A stretch of 63,747 bases of DNA from an uncultured Bacilli bacterium (GCA_947624515.1 CANQKN010000002.1:1-63747); one strand, 5' to 3'. Shown: positions 19,951-30,328, counted from the first letter of the stretch. The notes: generated from the sequence alone by a model not told the origin. Numbers and translations: made by a program.

Positions 19951-20850
19951 TTACTGATTGTCTTTCATTTCTTTAATAGCAATAGTTGCAGCAATAGAGC
20001 CATCACCAACAGCGGTTGTTAATTGTCTTAATTCTTTTACTCTTGTATCCCCCGCAACATAAATACCAGGAATTTTGGTATGAACCCCATCTATTGATTC
20101 AATATATCCTTTTTCGTTAATATCAGCCACATTAGAAAAAATAGTATTTTTAGGATCTTGTCCAATCGCAATAAACAATCCATCAACTTTTAATTCTTGT
20201 CTTTCTTGATTTTGATTTTCTACCGTAATGCTTTCTAATTGATCTTTTCCATTTAAAGCAACAATATTAGAATTTAAAATCATCTCTACATTTTCTTTCT
20301 GGTGTAGTTCTTTGGTATAAACCATTTCTCCTCGAAATTCATCACGGCGATGAATTAAATAAACTTTACAGGCAATATTAGATAAATAAAGGGCATCTTC
20401 TAAAGCCGTATTACCACCGCCATTAACAGCAACCACTTTATTTTTATAAAAATTACCATCACAGGCAGCACAATAGGAGATTCCCTTTCCTAAAAATTTT
20501 TGTTCTTCAGGAATATTTAATTTTCTATTTTGTGCACCCGTTGCGATAATCACTGCTTTGGCATGATACTCTCCCTTATTTGTAGTTACCGTTTTATCAG
20601 TTTCTACATGAAGTACCGTTTCGTATTTAATTTCCAATCCTAATTTCTGAACTTGATTATATAAATTAGTAGCAAAATCAAAACCTGTAATCGATTCAAT
20701 TGCTGGATAATTTTCTACTTGATGAGCATTTAAGATTTGTCCACCATAACTTTTTGCTTCTAACACTAACACTTTTTTATTAGCCCTTAAAGCATAAAGA
20801 GCACTGGTTAATCCTGCAGGTCCTGCTCCTACAATAATAATATCATACAT
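19951..20850 (-). CDS. trxB: thioredoxin-disulfide reductase
   Basis: 299 aa; FAD motif IIVGAGPAGLT, redox centre CAACDG, NADPH motif VNGGGNTALEDA. Confidence 0.93.
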   Translation of the reverse strand: MYDIIIVGAGPAGLTSALYALRANKKVLVLEAKSYGGQILNAHQVENYPAIESITGFDFATNLYNQVQKLGLEIKYETVLHVETDKTVTTNKGEYHAKAVIIATGAQNRKLNIPEEQKFLGKGISYCAACDGNFYKNKVVAVNGGGNTALEDALYLSNIACKVYLIHRRDEFRGEMVYTKELHQKENVEMILNSNIVALNGKDQLESITVENQNQERQELKVDGLFIAIGQDPKNTIFSNVADINEKGYIESIDGVHTKIPGIYVAGDTRVKELRQLTTAVGDGSIAATIAIKEMKDNQ

Positions 20851-20980
20851 ATTTGTTACCTTCCTTATCTTTATAATTCCATAGTATATAATTTCATTTG
20901 TCTTGTCAATTCTATTTTAAAAATATCATAAAATTTTAAAAATACCTTCATACTAATAATGAAAGAAGTATGGTGATTCG

Positions 20981-21862
20981 ATGCAAAAACAAACAAACAA
21001 TTCTAAAAAACATGTAAACAAAATAGCTACTTGCAAATATCGCTATTGTTTTCGACTAAAAAGAAAATATCGTTTTTTACTTTATGGTTCTTCTCTTATT
21101 TTAATAGCATTTAGTATCTTTCATATTTCTTTATGGCTTATAAGTCATTATCAAACGATAAAATTAAGTAAGCAACTCCAAAATCAAGCAACAGTTGCAG
21201 AAAACGAAAATAGTTTAGATAGTTCTTTTATCAATCCACCAGAAGATAAAAACGATAGTTATTGGAATGATATTAATCTAAATTTTTTACAAGTAGATTT
21301 TTCTTCTTTACTTAAAGAAAATCAAGATACTGTTGCCTGGATTGAAGTCTTAGGAACAAACATTAATTATCCAGTTGTTCAAACTGATAATAATGATTAT
21401 TATCTTACCCATTCTTTTGATAATAGTAAAAACGAGGCTGGATGGATTTTTGCTGATTATCGGAATCACTTTGACACGCTGAATGATAATAGTATTATTT
21501 ATGGCCATGGTAGATGGGATGGTACCATGTTTGGTAGTTTAAAACAAGTACTAGAAGAAGACTGGTTTCTAAATCGTCAAAATCATATTATTCGCTTATC
21601 AACCCTTCAGGCCAATATGATCTTTCAAATTTTTAGTGTTTATACAATTTATAAGGAAAGCTATTATATGATCCCTAATTTTAGTAGTCAACTTTCCTAT
21701 CAAGATTTCTTAAATACAATTCAAAAAAGAAGTAAATTTTCTTTCGCAACAACTGTAAATACAAACGATAAAATTCTAACATTATCTACTTGTCAAGATA
21801 ACGAAGGAAATCGAATCGTAGTTCATGCTAAATTAATTAGAAAAGGAATTCCTAATTATTAG
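20981..21862 (+). CDS. srtB: class B sortase
   Basis: 293 aa; N-terminal TM, NINYPVVQTDNNDYYLTHSF, IIYGHGRWDGTMFGSL, catalytic TLSTCQD and downstream Arg (NRIVVHAKL). Confidence 0.88.
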   Translation: MQKQTNNSKKHVNKIATCKYRYCFRLKRKYRFLLYGSSLILIAFSIFHISLWLISHYQTIKLSKQLQNQATVAENENSLDSSFINPPEDKNDSYWNDINLNFLQVDFSSLLKENQDTVAWIEVLGTNINYPVVQTDNNDYYLTHSFDNSKNEAGWIFADYRNHFDTLNDNSIIYGHGRWDGTMFGSLKQVLEEDWFLNRQNHIIRLSTLQANMIFQIFSVYTIYKESYYMIPNFSSQLSYQDFLNTIQKRSKFSFATTVNTNDKILTLSTCQDNEGNRIVVHAKLIRKGIPNY

Positions 21863-22626
21863 AATTCCTTGATAGTTTTTGATTGAAAAGTAACTAGAAA
21901 TAAAATAATTCCTGCTAATCCCAAACCAATATAGAGATTTATCAAATCTCCTGTTTTAGGATTTTCAGGTTGTAAGTCTTCTAGAATTTCTTCTACTTCT
22001 GCTAATTGTAACTCATCACCAGATGCAATAGTAGCAGTCTTACCATTCATTTCAATGATAGCTGGATCAGAATCACTTGGTACCCAAAGGGTTGGTTTAT
22101 TTTTTCCATCTGTTGTATTGACTAATTTACTATCATCTGCAAAAACAATTTTAGCAGTTTCAGTAACATCTTTTCCTTGGCTTAATTCAATTCCACCAAA
22201 TCCGTTTCCAGAAACATCGATTTTTCCTTCTAATCTAACTGTAGAACCATTTGCTAAAACAGCTGCATTTCCTCCTGTTAATTTAATATCTCTTAGAGTT
22301 AATGTTGTTTTATAAGCTTGAAGTAAATAAATACTTCCCCATACGGTATTATCCTTACTATTATCTTTTCCAAAAGTTCCAACATATTTCATAGTATGAC
22401 CATTTCCATCGATCGTTACTGGTCTGGTTGTCGTAATTTTTTCTGTTGTTTCAATATCGTTAGCTAATTTAATTACACTAATACTTTTATCAGCAATGGC
22501 ATCCTTTAATTCTTGTTGGTTTTTAACAGTCTTTTCAGTAGCAGCATGAACATTAGTGCTTGGAATCATCGTAATTACTAATAATACAGCAGTTAAGATT
22601 ACCCACATTTTCTTCAAATTTTTCAT
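21859..22626 (-). CDS. cell-wall-anchored surface protein with NPKTG sorting signal (pectate-lyase-like beta-helix suspected)
   Basis: 255 aa; signal peptide ending VHAATEK. C-terminal NPKTG plus hydrophobic stretch plus charged tail (SKTIKEF). 4-nt convergent overlap with srtB. Confidence 0.8.
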   Translation of the reverse strand: MKNLKKMWVILTAVLLVITMIPSTNVHAATEKTVKNQQELKDAIADKSISVIKLANDIETTEKITTTRPVTIDGNGHTMKYVGTFGKDNSKDNTVWGSIYLLQAYKTTLTLRDIKLTGGNAAVLANGSTVRLEGKIDVSGNGFGGIELSQGKDVTETAKIVFADDSKLVNTTDGKNKPTLWVPSDSDPAIIEMNGKTATIASGDELQLAEVEEILEDLQPENPKTGDLINLYIGLGLAGIILFLVTFQSKTIKEF

Positions 22627-22777
22627 CCTCCCTTCTATTTATTAGTCTATCTTTTTCCTCTTATTTCATACAAAAATTTTGTCGAATTTGAAAAAAAATT
22701 TAAAAAATAAATCAAAAAAAGGTATGAATTTAGAAAAAACTGGTAAAAATAAAATAAATCGTATTTTTTAGCCTAAC

Positions 22778-23107
22778 TTATCCTAAGCGATCTCCATTTT
22801 CTACTGGTTGATCTGGTGTTACTAAAATGACACCATCTTTACTATAAGTTCCTAACACTAACACTTCAGATAGAAAGTTAGCAATTTGCTTAGGTGGAAA
22901 ATTGACGACTGCTAAAATCTGCTTTCCAATTAAGTCTTCTATTTGATACTGTTTTGTTATCTGTGCAGAAGATTTTTTAATCCCTATTTCTTTACCAAAA
23001 TCTATTTCTAATTGATAAGCTGGTTTTTTAGCTTTTTCAAAATAAGTTGCTTTGATAATAGTACCAACTCTAATATCTAATTTTAAAAAATCTGTAAAAT
23101 CTACCAT
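22778..23107 (-). CDS. csaA: tRNA-binding protein CsaA/YgjH type
   Basis: 109 aa; [11 protein letters not shown] ... [21 protein letters not shown], typical OB-fold tRNA-binding domain. Confidence 0.85.
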   Translation of the reverse strand: MVDFTDFLKLDIRVGTIIKATYFEKAKKPAYQLEIDFGKEIGIKKSSAQITKQYQIEDLIGKQILAVVNFPPKQIANFLSEVLVLGTYSKDGVILVTPDQPVENGDRLG

Positions 23108-23135
23108 AATTCACCTCAAATTTTCAATAAATCTA

Positions 23136-23729
23136 TTATACTCTTTTTCCCATAACGAATCTATTCTTTTTCAATAGATAATTGATGATAAAACTACTAA
23201 TTAAAATAATAATGACAGAATAAAGACCATTTCGAATACCAAAAAAGAAAGATCCTAGCAGGATGATAATTGTATTAATCAAGAAATTGGAAACTGCTAC
23301 TTTTATTTTGAAATATTTATTGACTAATAGATTAATCGTATTGATTCCACCAGAAGAAAAACCTAATTGATAAATATATCCACCTGTAAAACCACAAACA
23401 ATTCCTGCAACAATAGAAAATAATAGGAAATATTTGGTAACCACAGAAAAAAGAGGAATGATACTTGTGATCTTTACAAATAATGGATATGCAAAAGATG
23501 CTATAATCGTACCATAAGTAACTGTTTTTGATAGTGTAAAGTAACTGATGATTAAAGTAATGATATTAATAAGAAAAATGAGAAGAGCTGGGCTTAATTT
23601 TGAAATATGATTAAGTAAAAGAGCAATTCCTTGTGTTCCACCCGTTACTAACTGCAATGGTTTTAAAACGATATTAAAATTTAAGGCTGCAAAAAATAAA
23701 GCCAATAATAACAATAAATATCTTTTCAT
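23136..23729 (-). CDS. YitT family membrane protein
   Basis: 197 aa, 5-6 TM; FNIVLKPLQLVTGGTQGIALLL N-terminus typical of YitT/DUF161. Confidence 0.7.
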   Translation of the reverse strand: MKRYLLLLLALFFAALNFNIVLKPLQLVTGGTQGIALLLNHISKLSPALLIFLINIITLIISYFTLSKTVTYGTIIASFAYPLFVKITSIIPLFSVVTKYFLLFSIVAGIVCGFTGGYIYQLGFSSGGINTINLLVNKYFKIKVAVSNFLINTIIILLGSFFFGIRNGLYSVIIILISSFIINYLLKKNRFVMGKRV

Positions 23730-23800
23730 TTTTTAGCCTCCATACCTATTAGTATGGTCATTTTTCCGCAAATTATTTTAAATAAGAAAAAACAAAAAAA

Positions 23801-24316
23801 TTACTGATTTCGTTGAATCCATTCTTCTACTTTATTCTTAGAATATTTTACAGAAGAACCTTGAATAGCTAATCCTTCTTTTATTTCTGCACCAACGCAA
23901 ATTTTTTCAATAGCAGATACACAATGACCTAATCCACTACCTTCGTGGGTGGTAAATGGCATTACAATTTTACCTTGCCAATTTAATTTTTCTAATTGCG
24001 TATACATAGGCATAGGAGGATATCCCCACCAAACAGGCTGACCAATATAAATCACTTCATAATTATCCAAATTATTTAAAACATGAACAAGTTCTGGACG
24101 ATCGTTTCTATTTAATTCTTCTAAAGCTTCTTCCGTACAGGTTTGATAATCTTTCGCATATGGTTTTTTTCTTTCTACTTGAAATAAAGAAGCATTTGTG
24201 ATTTCATGAATATACTCTGCAATTACTTCAGTATTTCCTTTGTCTAAATATCCTACAGCATAATTTTCATCTTTTCTACTAAAATAAATAACTAAACTTT
24301 TTTTATCTTTTAACAT
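23801..24316 (-). CDS. flavodoxin family protein
   Basis: KSLVIYFSRKDENY start and FTTHEGSGLG motif. Start placed at ATG 24316 or 24322, because the track start at 24358 would overlap the upstream gene by 56 nt. Confidence 0.75.
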   Translation of the reverse strand: MLKDKKSLVIYFSRKDENYAVGYLDKGNTEVIAEYIHEITNASLFQVERKKPYAKDYQTCTEEALEELNRNDRPELVHVLNNLDNYEVIYIGQPVWWGYPPMPMYTQLEKLNWQGKIVMPFTTHEGSGLGHCVSAIEKICVGAEIKEGLAIQGSSVKYSKNKVEEWIQRNQ

Positions 24317-24995
24317 TTTCATTTTCCTTTCTAACCGTATATGAATAACTTTTATCAAGCAAATCGATAATAATTGAATCGGATACTGTATTATTCAAAA
24401 GAATAGTAATCCAATTCTTTTTGTTCATGTGATAAGCAGGATAAAAGCCATTTTGCTTTAATAATTTTTGAATTTCATTGGGATCTAATTTCATGTCAAT
24501 AATTTCAACTTCTCCTGATTCTTTTTTATTCAATTTACTCTTATCAATATTCATAATAATGGCATACCATTTATGATTATCTGGATTTCGAAAAGTTGCA
24601 TAACCAGGAAATTTGTCCCATTCAAATTGAGGTTCATCCCCATATTTTTCTTGAATACTTCTAGCAATTCTATTAGATTGTTCAAATAGAAAAGGTTCTT
24701 TCATAAAACACTTATTTTTGATATCATTTAAAATTCTTTCAAATTCTTCTCTTACTTTTCCAATAAAAGATCCTCCATCATCTCGGCGAAAATTAAGATA
24801 TTCTTCTTGAAATGATAAATCATATATTTCTCCTTTTACTTTTCCATTAAGATCAATTTGAATTGTGATTTTAAAAGTATCATTCATAATATTGGTAGAA
24901 TACTGGTATAAATCATTTACTTTTTGAAAGCCATATTTTTCTATTTGCGCAAAATCTATTTTTGTTTTTTGAAAAATTTCTTCCTCAATTGTCAT
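24303..24995 (-). CDS. MmcQ/YjbR family DNA-binding protein
   Basis: 230 aa; C-terminal PGYATFRNPDNHKWYAIIMNI ... GFYPAYHMNKKNWITILLN is YjbR-like. Confidence 0.75.
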   Translation of the reverse strand: MTIEEEIFQKTKIDFAQIEKYGFQKVNDLYQYSTNIMNDTFKITIQIDLNGKVKGEIYDLSFQEEYLNFRRDDGGSFIGKVREEFERILNDIKNKCFMKEPFLFEQSNRIARSIQEKYGDEPQFEWDKFPGYATFRNPDNHKWYAIIMNIDKSKLNKKESGEVEIIDMKLDPNEIQKLLKQNGFYPAYHMNKKNWITILLNNTVSDSIIIDLLDKSYSYTVRKENENVKR

Positions 24996-25079
24996 TACTA
25001 TCTCTCCTATAACATGCTATTTCGTAACTTCATTATATCATATAGAAAAAATAAATCTCAGCAAGATTTATTTTTTACA

Positions 25080-27788
25080 TCACTTATTTAAAATAGCATC
25101 AATTGGTTTCATTTTTGCTATCTTTCCTACTGTAAGTAAAGAAGATAAAAAGATAATAGTAATGACACTTCCTACTATAATCAAAATATTTTTCACTGTG
25201 AATTCAATTAATTCAATTTCAAAAAATAAATGATCAGAAATATAATAATTCATAAAACATACCATAATAAATAAGAAAATAAGTGATATTACAGTTGAAA
25301 ATATGCCAATCAGTAAACCTTCATTGAAAAATATCTTAAATACATCCATTTTTCTGGCACCAAGTCCTCTTAAAATACCAATAGTCTTTTTACTATAATA
25401 AATAGAGTTAACAATAAAATTAGTTAATAGTATAAAGGCAAAAATTCCAAAAACAACACTTGCATAGAAAGCAAAAACACTAATATTTTCTAAAGTTTCA
25501 CTAATTTGATATATAGTATTACTATAAATAGTCTCACTATAATATTTACTATTTGCATTTGGAAAAGAAGTAAATAATTGTGTTAATTTCTTTAAGTCAT
25601 TACTCTTTAAAACAACTGCTTTAATATTATGATTATCTTGCATTAAATCCTCTGCAACATTATCAGCCATATAGACTACATCTTCATCCGTAAATTGAAT
25701 ACCCTTAATCACAATATTATCATAATTAAAAGTTTCATTAGTCTGATTATTATAGAATTTTAAATTCACAATAGAATTAATAATTTGATTTTCCTTTATA
25801 TAATTTTTCGCAAATTCTTCCATTAATTCAGATTCGCTTTTATAAGGAATTTTTTTTAACTCCTTCAAAGTTGGAAATTCACTCTCAATAGATTGTTCCA
25901 ATTTTTGATTATATTCACTTAATAGTTGTTGATTTTCCTGTTCAATTATTTTATTCTCATTTTCCAATTCTTTAACTTTATCATTATAGTTCTGAATGTA
26001 CTGTTCTTTTAATTTGCTATAATTATTTGCGGAAATTTTATCCAGTACAGTTTCATTTATAATGATTTCATTTTTATTTAATTGATCTAAACTATAAACT
26101 TTATCACCATCTAGTACTGAAATCTTTTTATCAAGAAATTGATAACGATTTCCTAAAGAATAATCATGATTATTATAAGCAATGACACCACGATAAATAT
26201 TATCATCTATTACTGTATTTGGATTTAATTCGATATGATCTATAAATCCTTTCATAACATAAATATCGCGTGCATATTTAAATATCATTTGACTAAATTT
26301 ATAATAATTATGATGATCAGTAGGAAGTCCCATCCACATTTCATCACTAAGTACTTGATCAGATGTTAAGTTTTTTAAATTTTCAAATTCACGAGTATTA
26401 TCTAAAATAATTCCACTAATTTTAACTTTAGTACTTCCTAATTTTAAATAGATATTACTATTAACTAATTCTTCATAACTATCAGGTTTATAATATTCTT
26501 TCTTATAAATATTAGAATTCTCATAGTAAGGCAAAATTCCATAGTACATGATACAATCTGCTAAATAACTATGAATCATGACTTCATCATAATTAGTAGG
26601 ATAAGTTCCTATTATTTCTTGATTTAAAAAGCTACTATCTGCTTCTATAAAATTAAGAGTTGAGTTAAGTATTAGATAATATGTAGGAGTTGTTTTAGGA
26701 TTATAAGAACTTCTAAAATCAATATCAAAACCAATATCATTATTATTCTCATTTAATCGATATTGAAACACAGAATTGATATCTGTTAACTTATGAATAT
26801 TAGAAATATCTTCTAATGTAAGATAAATATTATCTTGGTTATTAGACCAAGTATCATTATAAGCATTATAAAAACCTTTCTGAATCACAACAGTTTCTTC
26901 TTTAGTATTTACCATGGTTTTTGCATGACTATGTTCTATATGAAATTCTGATAAAATCATCGAAATACCAAAAAAGGTTAATGACATAAATACTAATAAT
27001 ATCGTAAAAAATAGTTTTAATTTTTTCATTCCAAGGTTTAAAAAGGCAAATTTTAAACTAGACAAAAATGGCAATTTAGATTTTTTTGATTTAAAGATTT
27101 GAGTATTCTTTTCTTCTGTTGGTATAGTATTAGAAATAATTTTTCCATCTTGAATTTCTAGGATCCCATCTGCATAAGTAGTAGCAGAATCCATATCATG
27201 TGATACAATAATCACCAATTTATCTCGACTAATTTCTTTCAATAAAGAAAAAATCTGCTTTCCTGTTTCTGCATCTAAGGAACCAGTTGGTTCATCGGCT
27301 AAGATGATTTCTGGATTTTTTATTAACGCTCTAGCAATGGCTACTCTTTGTTTTTGTCCTCCAGATAGTTCATTTATCTTTCTTTTTCCTAAGCCACTAA
27401 TCCCTACTCGAGTTAATAATTCATCTACCTTAGCAAGATCTATTTTTTCTTTTTGTAATTTGATGCTTAACAAAATATTATCATAGACATTGTACTCTTC
27501 TAACAAATTAAATTCTTGAAAGATAAATCCAATGTAAGTATTTCGATAATAATCAAAATCTCTACTTTTAAATTTTTTAGTATTTTTACCACTTACAATC
27601 AATTCTCCTTGATCGTATTTATCTAATCCACCAATGATATTTAATAAAGTAGACTTTCCACTACCACTCTTTCCCAAAATAAAAAATAACCCTTTTTCTG
27701 GTAAAGAAAAAGATAGATGATCTAATGCTTGTGTCTTTACTCCTTTTTTAGTTTTATAAATCTTACTAATTTCCTTTAACTCGATCAT
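25080..27788 (-). CDS. fused ABC transporter ATP-binding protein / FtsX-type permease (MacB-like)
   Basis: 902 aa; Walker A GKSGSGKST, signature LSGGQKQR, Walker B ILADEPT. One TM, a roughly 480-aa extracytoplasmic region with a coiled-coil stretch, and a C-terminal FtsX-like 3-TM bundle. Confidence 0.9.
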   Translation of the reverse strand: MIELKEISKIYKTKKGVKTQALDHLSFSLPEKGLFFILGKSGSGKSTLLNIIGGLDKYDQGELIVSGKNTKKFKSRDFDYYRNTYIGFIFQEFNLLEEYNVYDNILLSIKLQKEKIDLAKVDELLTRVGISGLGKRKINELSGGQKQRVAIARALIKNPEIILADEPTGSLDAETGKQIFSLLKEISRDKLVIIVSHDMDSATTYADGILEIQDGKIISNTIPTEEKNTQIFKSKKSKLPFLSSLKFAFLNLGMKKLKLFFTILLVFMSLTFFGISMILSEFHIEHSHAKTMVNTKEETVVIQKGFYNAYNDTWSNNQDNIYLTLEDISNIHKLTDINSVFQYRLNENNNDIGFDIDFRSSYNPKTTPTYYLILNSTLNFIEADSSFLNQEIIGTYPTNYDEVMIHSYLADCIMYYGILPYYENSNIYKKEYYKPDSYEELVNSNIYLKLGSTKVKISGIILDNTREFENLKNLTSDQVLSDEMWMGLPTDHHNYYKFSQMIFKYARDIYVMKGFIDHIELNPNTVIDDNIYRGVIAYNNHDYSLGNRYQFLDKKISVLDGDKVYSLDQLNKNEIIINETVLDKISANNYSKLKEQYIQNYNDKVKELENENKIIEQENQQLLSEYNQKLEQSIESEFPTLKELKKIPYKSESELMEEFAKNYIKENQIINSIVNLKFYNNQTNETFNYDNIVIKGIQFTDEDVVYMADNVAEDLMQDNHNIKAVVLKSNDLKKLTQLFTSFPNANSKYYSETIYSNTIYQISETLENISVFAFYASVVFGIFAFILLTNFIVNSIYYSKKTIGILRGLGARKMDVFKIFFNEGLLIGIFSTVISLIFLFIMVCFMNYYISDHLFFEIELIEFTVKNILIIVGSVITIIFLSSLLTVGKIAKMKPIDAILNK

Positions 27789-27920
27789 ATCACACCACCT
27801 ATTATTGCCTTAATTATATCATATACTAAGTAAAACACAATGATTTGTTTAAAGTTTGTGATCATTATCTTTTAGAATTTAGTTTTCGCATTTGATGAAT
27901 AGATAGTTTTTGCTTATCAT

Positions 27921-27946
27921 AAAAAAACAAATCCTAAAATAGGATT
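27921..27946 (-). terminator. intrinsic terminator after the DUF362 gene
   Basis: Minus strand AATCCT-ATTTT-AGGATT followed by TGTTTTTTT. Confidence 0.55.
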
Positions 27947-27952
27947 CGTAAT

Positions 27953-28831
27953 TTATTCTACTTCAATTAATTCATATTCTTTGGTGCCATAACCTAATTC
28001 TGCCGCAGCATCAATCGTATGAGTTCCTTGTCTTGAATTGATTCTTTCCAATAAATGATCACGCCCTGGATCATTAGAATTTTTTACTAAATCAATACAA
28101 GCTTGATCAATCGCAATAGGATCTAAAGATGCTAAAATTCCAATATCTTTCATGCAAGGATCTTCGGCTACATTACAGCAATCACAGTCAACAGACATAT
28201 TACACATTACATTAATGTATGCTATATTACCATGAAAATATTCAACTACTGAAGAAGCAGCATCGGCCATGGCTTCTAGAAATTTTTCTTGTTCAGTATG
28301 AAACATATCCTCATAGGAAGCATTTTCTTGTCCTGCACAATGAATATATCTTTTCCCTTTTCCTGATGCAACACCAATCGATAATTGTTTTAAGGCTCCA
28401 CCATAACCTCCCATAGGATGACCTTTAAAGTGAGATAGTACTAACATAGAATCGTAATTTTGAATATTTTTTCCTACATAGTTCTTGTGAATTACTTTTC
28501 CATTAGGAATATCTAATACGATATCTTCCTCGCTATCCATAATATCTACCGTAAAATATTTACTCCATTCATGTTCTTCCATTAATTTCATATGTTTTTC
28601 TGTTGTATCTCTTGCTCCATCATAAGCTGTATTACATTCAACAACAGTACCATTTACATATTCAATCATTGGTTTCATAAATTCTGGTTTTAAGTAATTT
28701 TGATTTCCTCTTTCTCCAGAATGAACCTTTACTGCAACTTTACCTGGTAATTCTTTATTTAATTTTTGAAATACTTTTACAACTGCATCAGGTGTTAATT
28801 CTTTAGTGAAGTATACTTTAGCTTTTTCCAT
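27953..28831 (-). CDS. DUF362 domain protein
   Basis: 292 aa; N-terminus KVYFTKELTPDAV...VKVHSGERGN and HFKGHPMGGYGGALKQLSIG resemble DUF362; Cys cluster CNMSVDCDCC. Confidence 0.7.
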   Translation of the reverse strand: MEKAKVYFTKELTPDAVVKVFQKLNKELPGKVAVKVHSGERGNQNYLKPEFMKPMIEYVNGTVVECNTAYDGARDTTEKHMKLMEEHEWSKYFTVDIMDSEEDIVLDIPNGKVIHKNYVGKNIQNYDSMLVLSHFKGHPMGGYGGALKQLSIGVASGKGKRYIHCAGQENASYEDMFHTEQEKFLEAMADAASSVVEYFHGNIAYINVMCNMSVDCDCCNVAEDPCMKDIGILASLDPIAIDQACIDLVKNSNDPGRDHLLERINSRQGTHTIDAAAELGYGTKEYELIEVE

Positions 28832-28890
28832 CTTATCATTCCTTTCTATTATTATTCTATCATATTATGGGTAATTTTAAAATTTTTTAT

Positions 28891-30039
28891 TTAAAATTCA
28901 TCCCATATGCGGTCCATTTTCTTATTATTATGATAGGAAATAATTGCTACCACCACTATGATTACTACTATAACTGACAATCCAATGATTCCCATTATGA
29001 TGTATTTTTTATCTATTTTAAAATTTTCTTTTTCATTGGCCTCTATTTTATCACCTGAATCTACTACTTCATCATATTCATTTATTTTCACATTAATAGT
29101 GTAAGTATTTTTATCACCACTTTCTGAAGTGACTTCAATTAGTACTTTATAATCATTTTCTAATAAATTATCAGCACCAATTATGTTATAAGTAGCTTTG
29201 GAATCTTCTAATTCAATCTCTAAATTCAGCTTATTGATATTGGGATTGATGGTAATCTCATAATTATTCTGATTTTTATTAAAATTGATATGATCATTAT
29301 TGATTTTGATACTTTTTAAATAATTATTTGTTGACTTACTATATTCATTTTTCTCAGGAAAAGAAGGGTTATTTTGATCGATATTAGGTGTATTTTTTTC
29401 TTCTATAATTGGTGCATTATTATTTGAATTGTTGTTTGTATTTGGAGTAGATTTATTATCTTCTTCTATGGTTGATGAAGAATTTTCCGAATTAACTTCT
29501 TGTTGTTCTTCATCGTTATTATTATCAGAAGTCCATTTCATAAAAAATTTTGAAAACTGATAAGTTTTACTTGAAGAGGAAATCGTGATGGGATTTCCAT
29601 TAATGTCCTTTGCATTTTTAAAGAAAACTTCTATTGTTGTAGTTCCACTTTCACGTGTTTGACTTTTAGACATGAAAGTAACAGTATAAAAATTATATTT
29701 ATTAAATTTTTCTATATAGACATTTTGGTACTCATATGGATATATTACCATATGATCATCTGTTCTTTGACAAAAACCTGCAATATAATTTAAAAAACTA
29801 CAAGTACACATATCAATTAATTCAGTATCATATTTTACATACATATCAAACGATCCAATATTATACATATTTGAAATATTAATATATAAATCCCTTGTGT
29901 TGAAACGATCCATTGGAGTACTTGATGGAGAAAATATATATTCATTACCTGATAATTCTGAAATATACTCTAATGCTTTTACATTGAATGGCACTATTAA
30001 ACTCATTAATAATAATATAAACGAAATCTTTTTTTTCAT
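28891..30039 (-). CDS. surface protein with cohesin-like N-domain, Asn-rich linker, cadherin-like beta-sandwich and C-terminal TM anchor
   Basis: 382 aa. Contains a signal peptide, an N/S/E low-complexity region, and NNYLKSIKINN...YNIIGADNL...YKVLIEVTSESGDKNTYTINV typical of the cadherin-like beta-sandwich domain, plus a C-terminal TM. Confidence 0.65.
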   Translation of the reverse strand: MKKKISFILLLMSLIVPFNVKALEYISELSGNEYIFSPSSTPMDRFNTRDLYINISNMYNIGSFDMYVKYDTELIDMCTCSFLNYIAGFCQRTDDHMVIYPYEYQNVYIEKFNKYNFYTVTFMSKSQTRESGTTTIEVFFKNAKDINGNPITISSSSKTYQFSKFFMKWTSDNNNDEEQQEVNSENSSSTIEEDNKSTPNTNNNSNNNAPIIEEKNTPNIDQNNPSFPEKNEYSKSTNNYLKSIKINNDHINFNKNQNNYEITINPNINKLNLEIELEDSKATYNIIGADNLLENDYKVLIEVTSESGDKNTYTINVKINEYDEVVDSGDKIEANEKENFKIDKKYIIMGIIGLSVIVVIIVVVAIISYHNNKKMDRIWDEF

Positions 30040-30113
30040 AAAAACACCCTTTATAAACTTAGCTTATTTTATAAGAATATCATAGCATTTCCATTATCAA
30101 ATTTCAATATAGT

Positions 30114-30193
30114 TATAACACAAACTAATCATATAAAAATCTATATTATATTGATTTTCTTTCAAATATTTTCTATAACACAAAAAACTAATC
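30114..30193. repeat. direct repeat pair TATAACACAAA(AAA)CTAATC, 60 nt apart
   Basis: 30114-30130 TATAACACAAACTAATC and 30174-30193 TATAACACAAAAAACTAATC; the second copy merges into the tRNA-Met terminator hairpin. Confidence 0.4.
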
Positions 30194-30211
30194 CATTTCT
30201 GAATTAGTTTT
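30181..30211 (-). terminator. intrinsic terminator after tRNA-Met
   Basis: Minus strand AAACTAAT-(10 nt)-ATTAGTTT followed by TTTG. Confidence 0.45.
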
Positions 30212-30251
30212 GGTCAAACTCAAACATAAACATTTGAGCAAAATTTCTTTT

Positions 30252-30328
30252 TGGTAGCGAGAGGGGGGATCGAACCCTCGACCCCACGGGTATGAACCGT
30301 GTGCTCTAGCCAGCTGAGCTACCTCGCC
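30252..30328 (-). tRNA. tRNA with CAT anticodon (elongator Met, or Ile2 if lysidinylated)
   Basis: 77-nt cloverleaf read by hand. Arms: GGCGAGG/TA/GCTC-AGCTGGCTA-GAGC/A/CACGG-TTCATAC-CCGTG/GGGTC/GAGGG-TTCGATC-CCCCC/TCTCGCT/A/CCA. The anticodon stem lacks the three G-C pairs of initiators. One A:C mismatch in the T stem. Confidence 0.85.

Noticed and set aside
22055-22315. 86-aa ORF antisense to the NPKTG surface-protein gene
   Set aside because: Embedded, with no SD; the opposite frame has a signal peptide and sorting motif.
27304-27486. 60-aa ORF antisense to the ABC ATPase domain
   Set aside because: It overlaps the Walker B / signature region of the real gene.
28219-28416. 65-aa ORF antisense to the DUF362 gene
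   Set aside because: Embedded antisense ORF.
29897-30085. 62-aa ORF overlapping the 5' end of the cadherin-like gene
   Set aside because: It is antisense to the signal-peptide region and has no SD.
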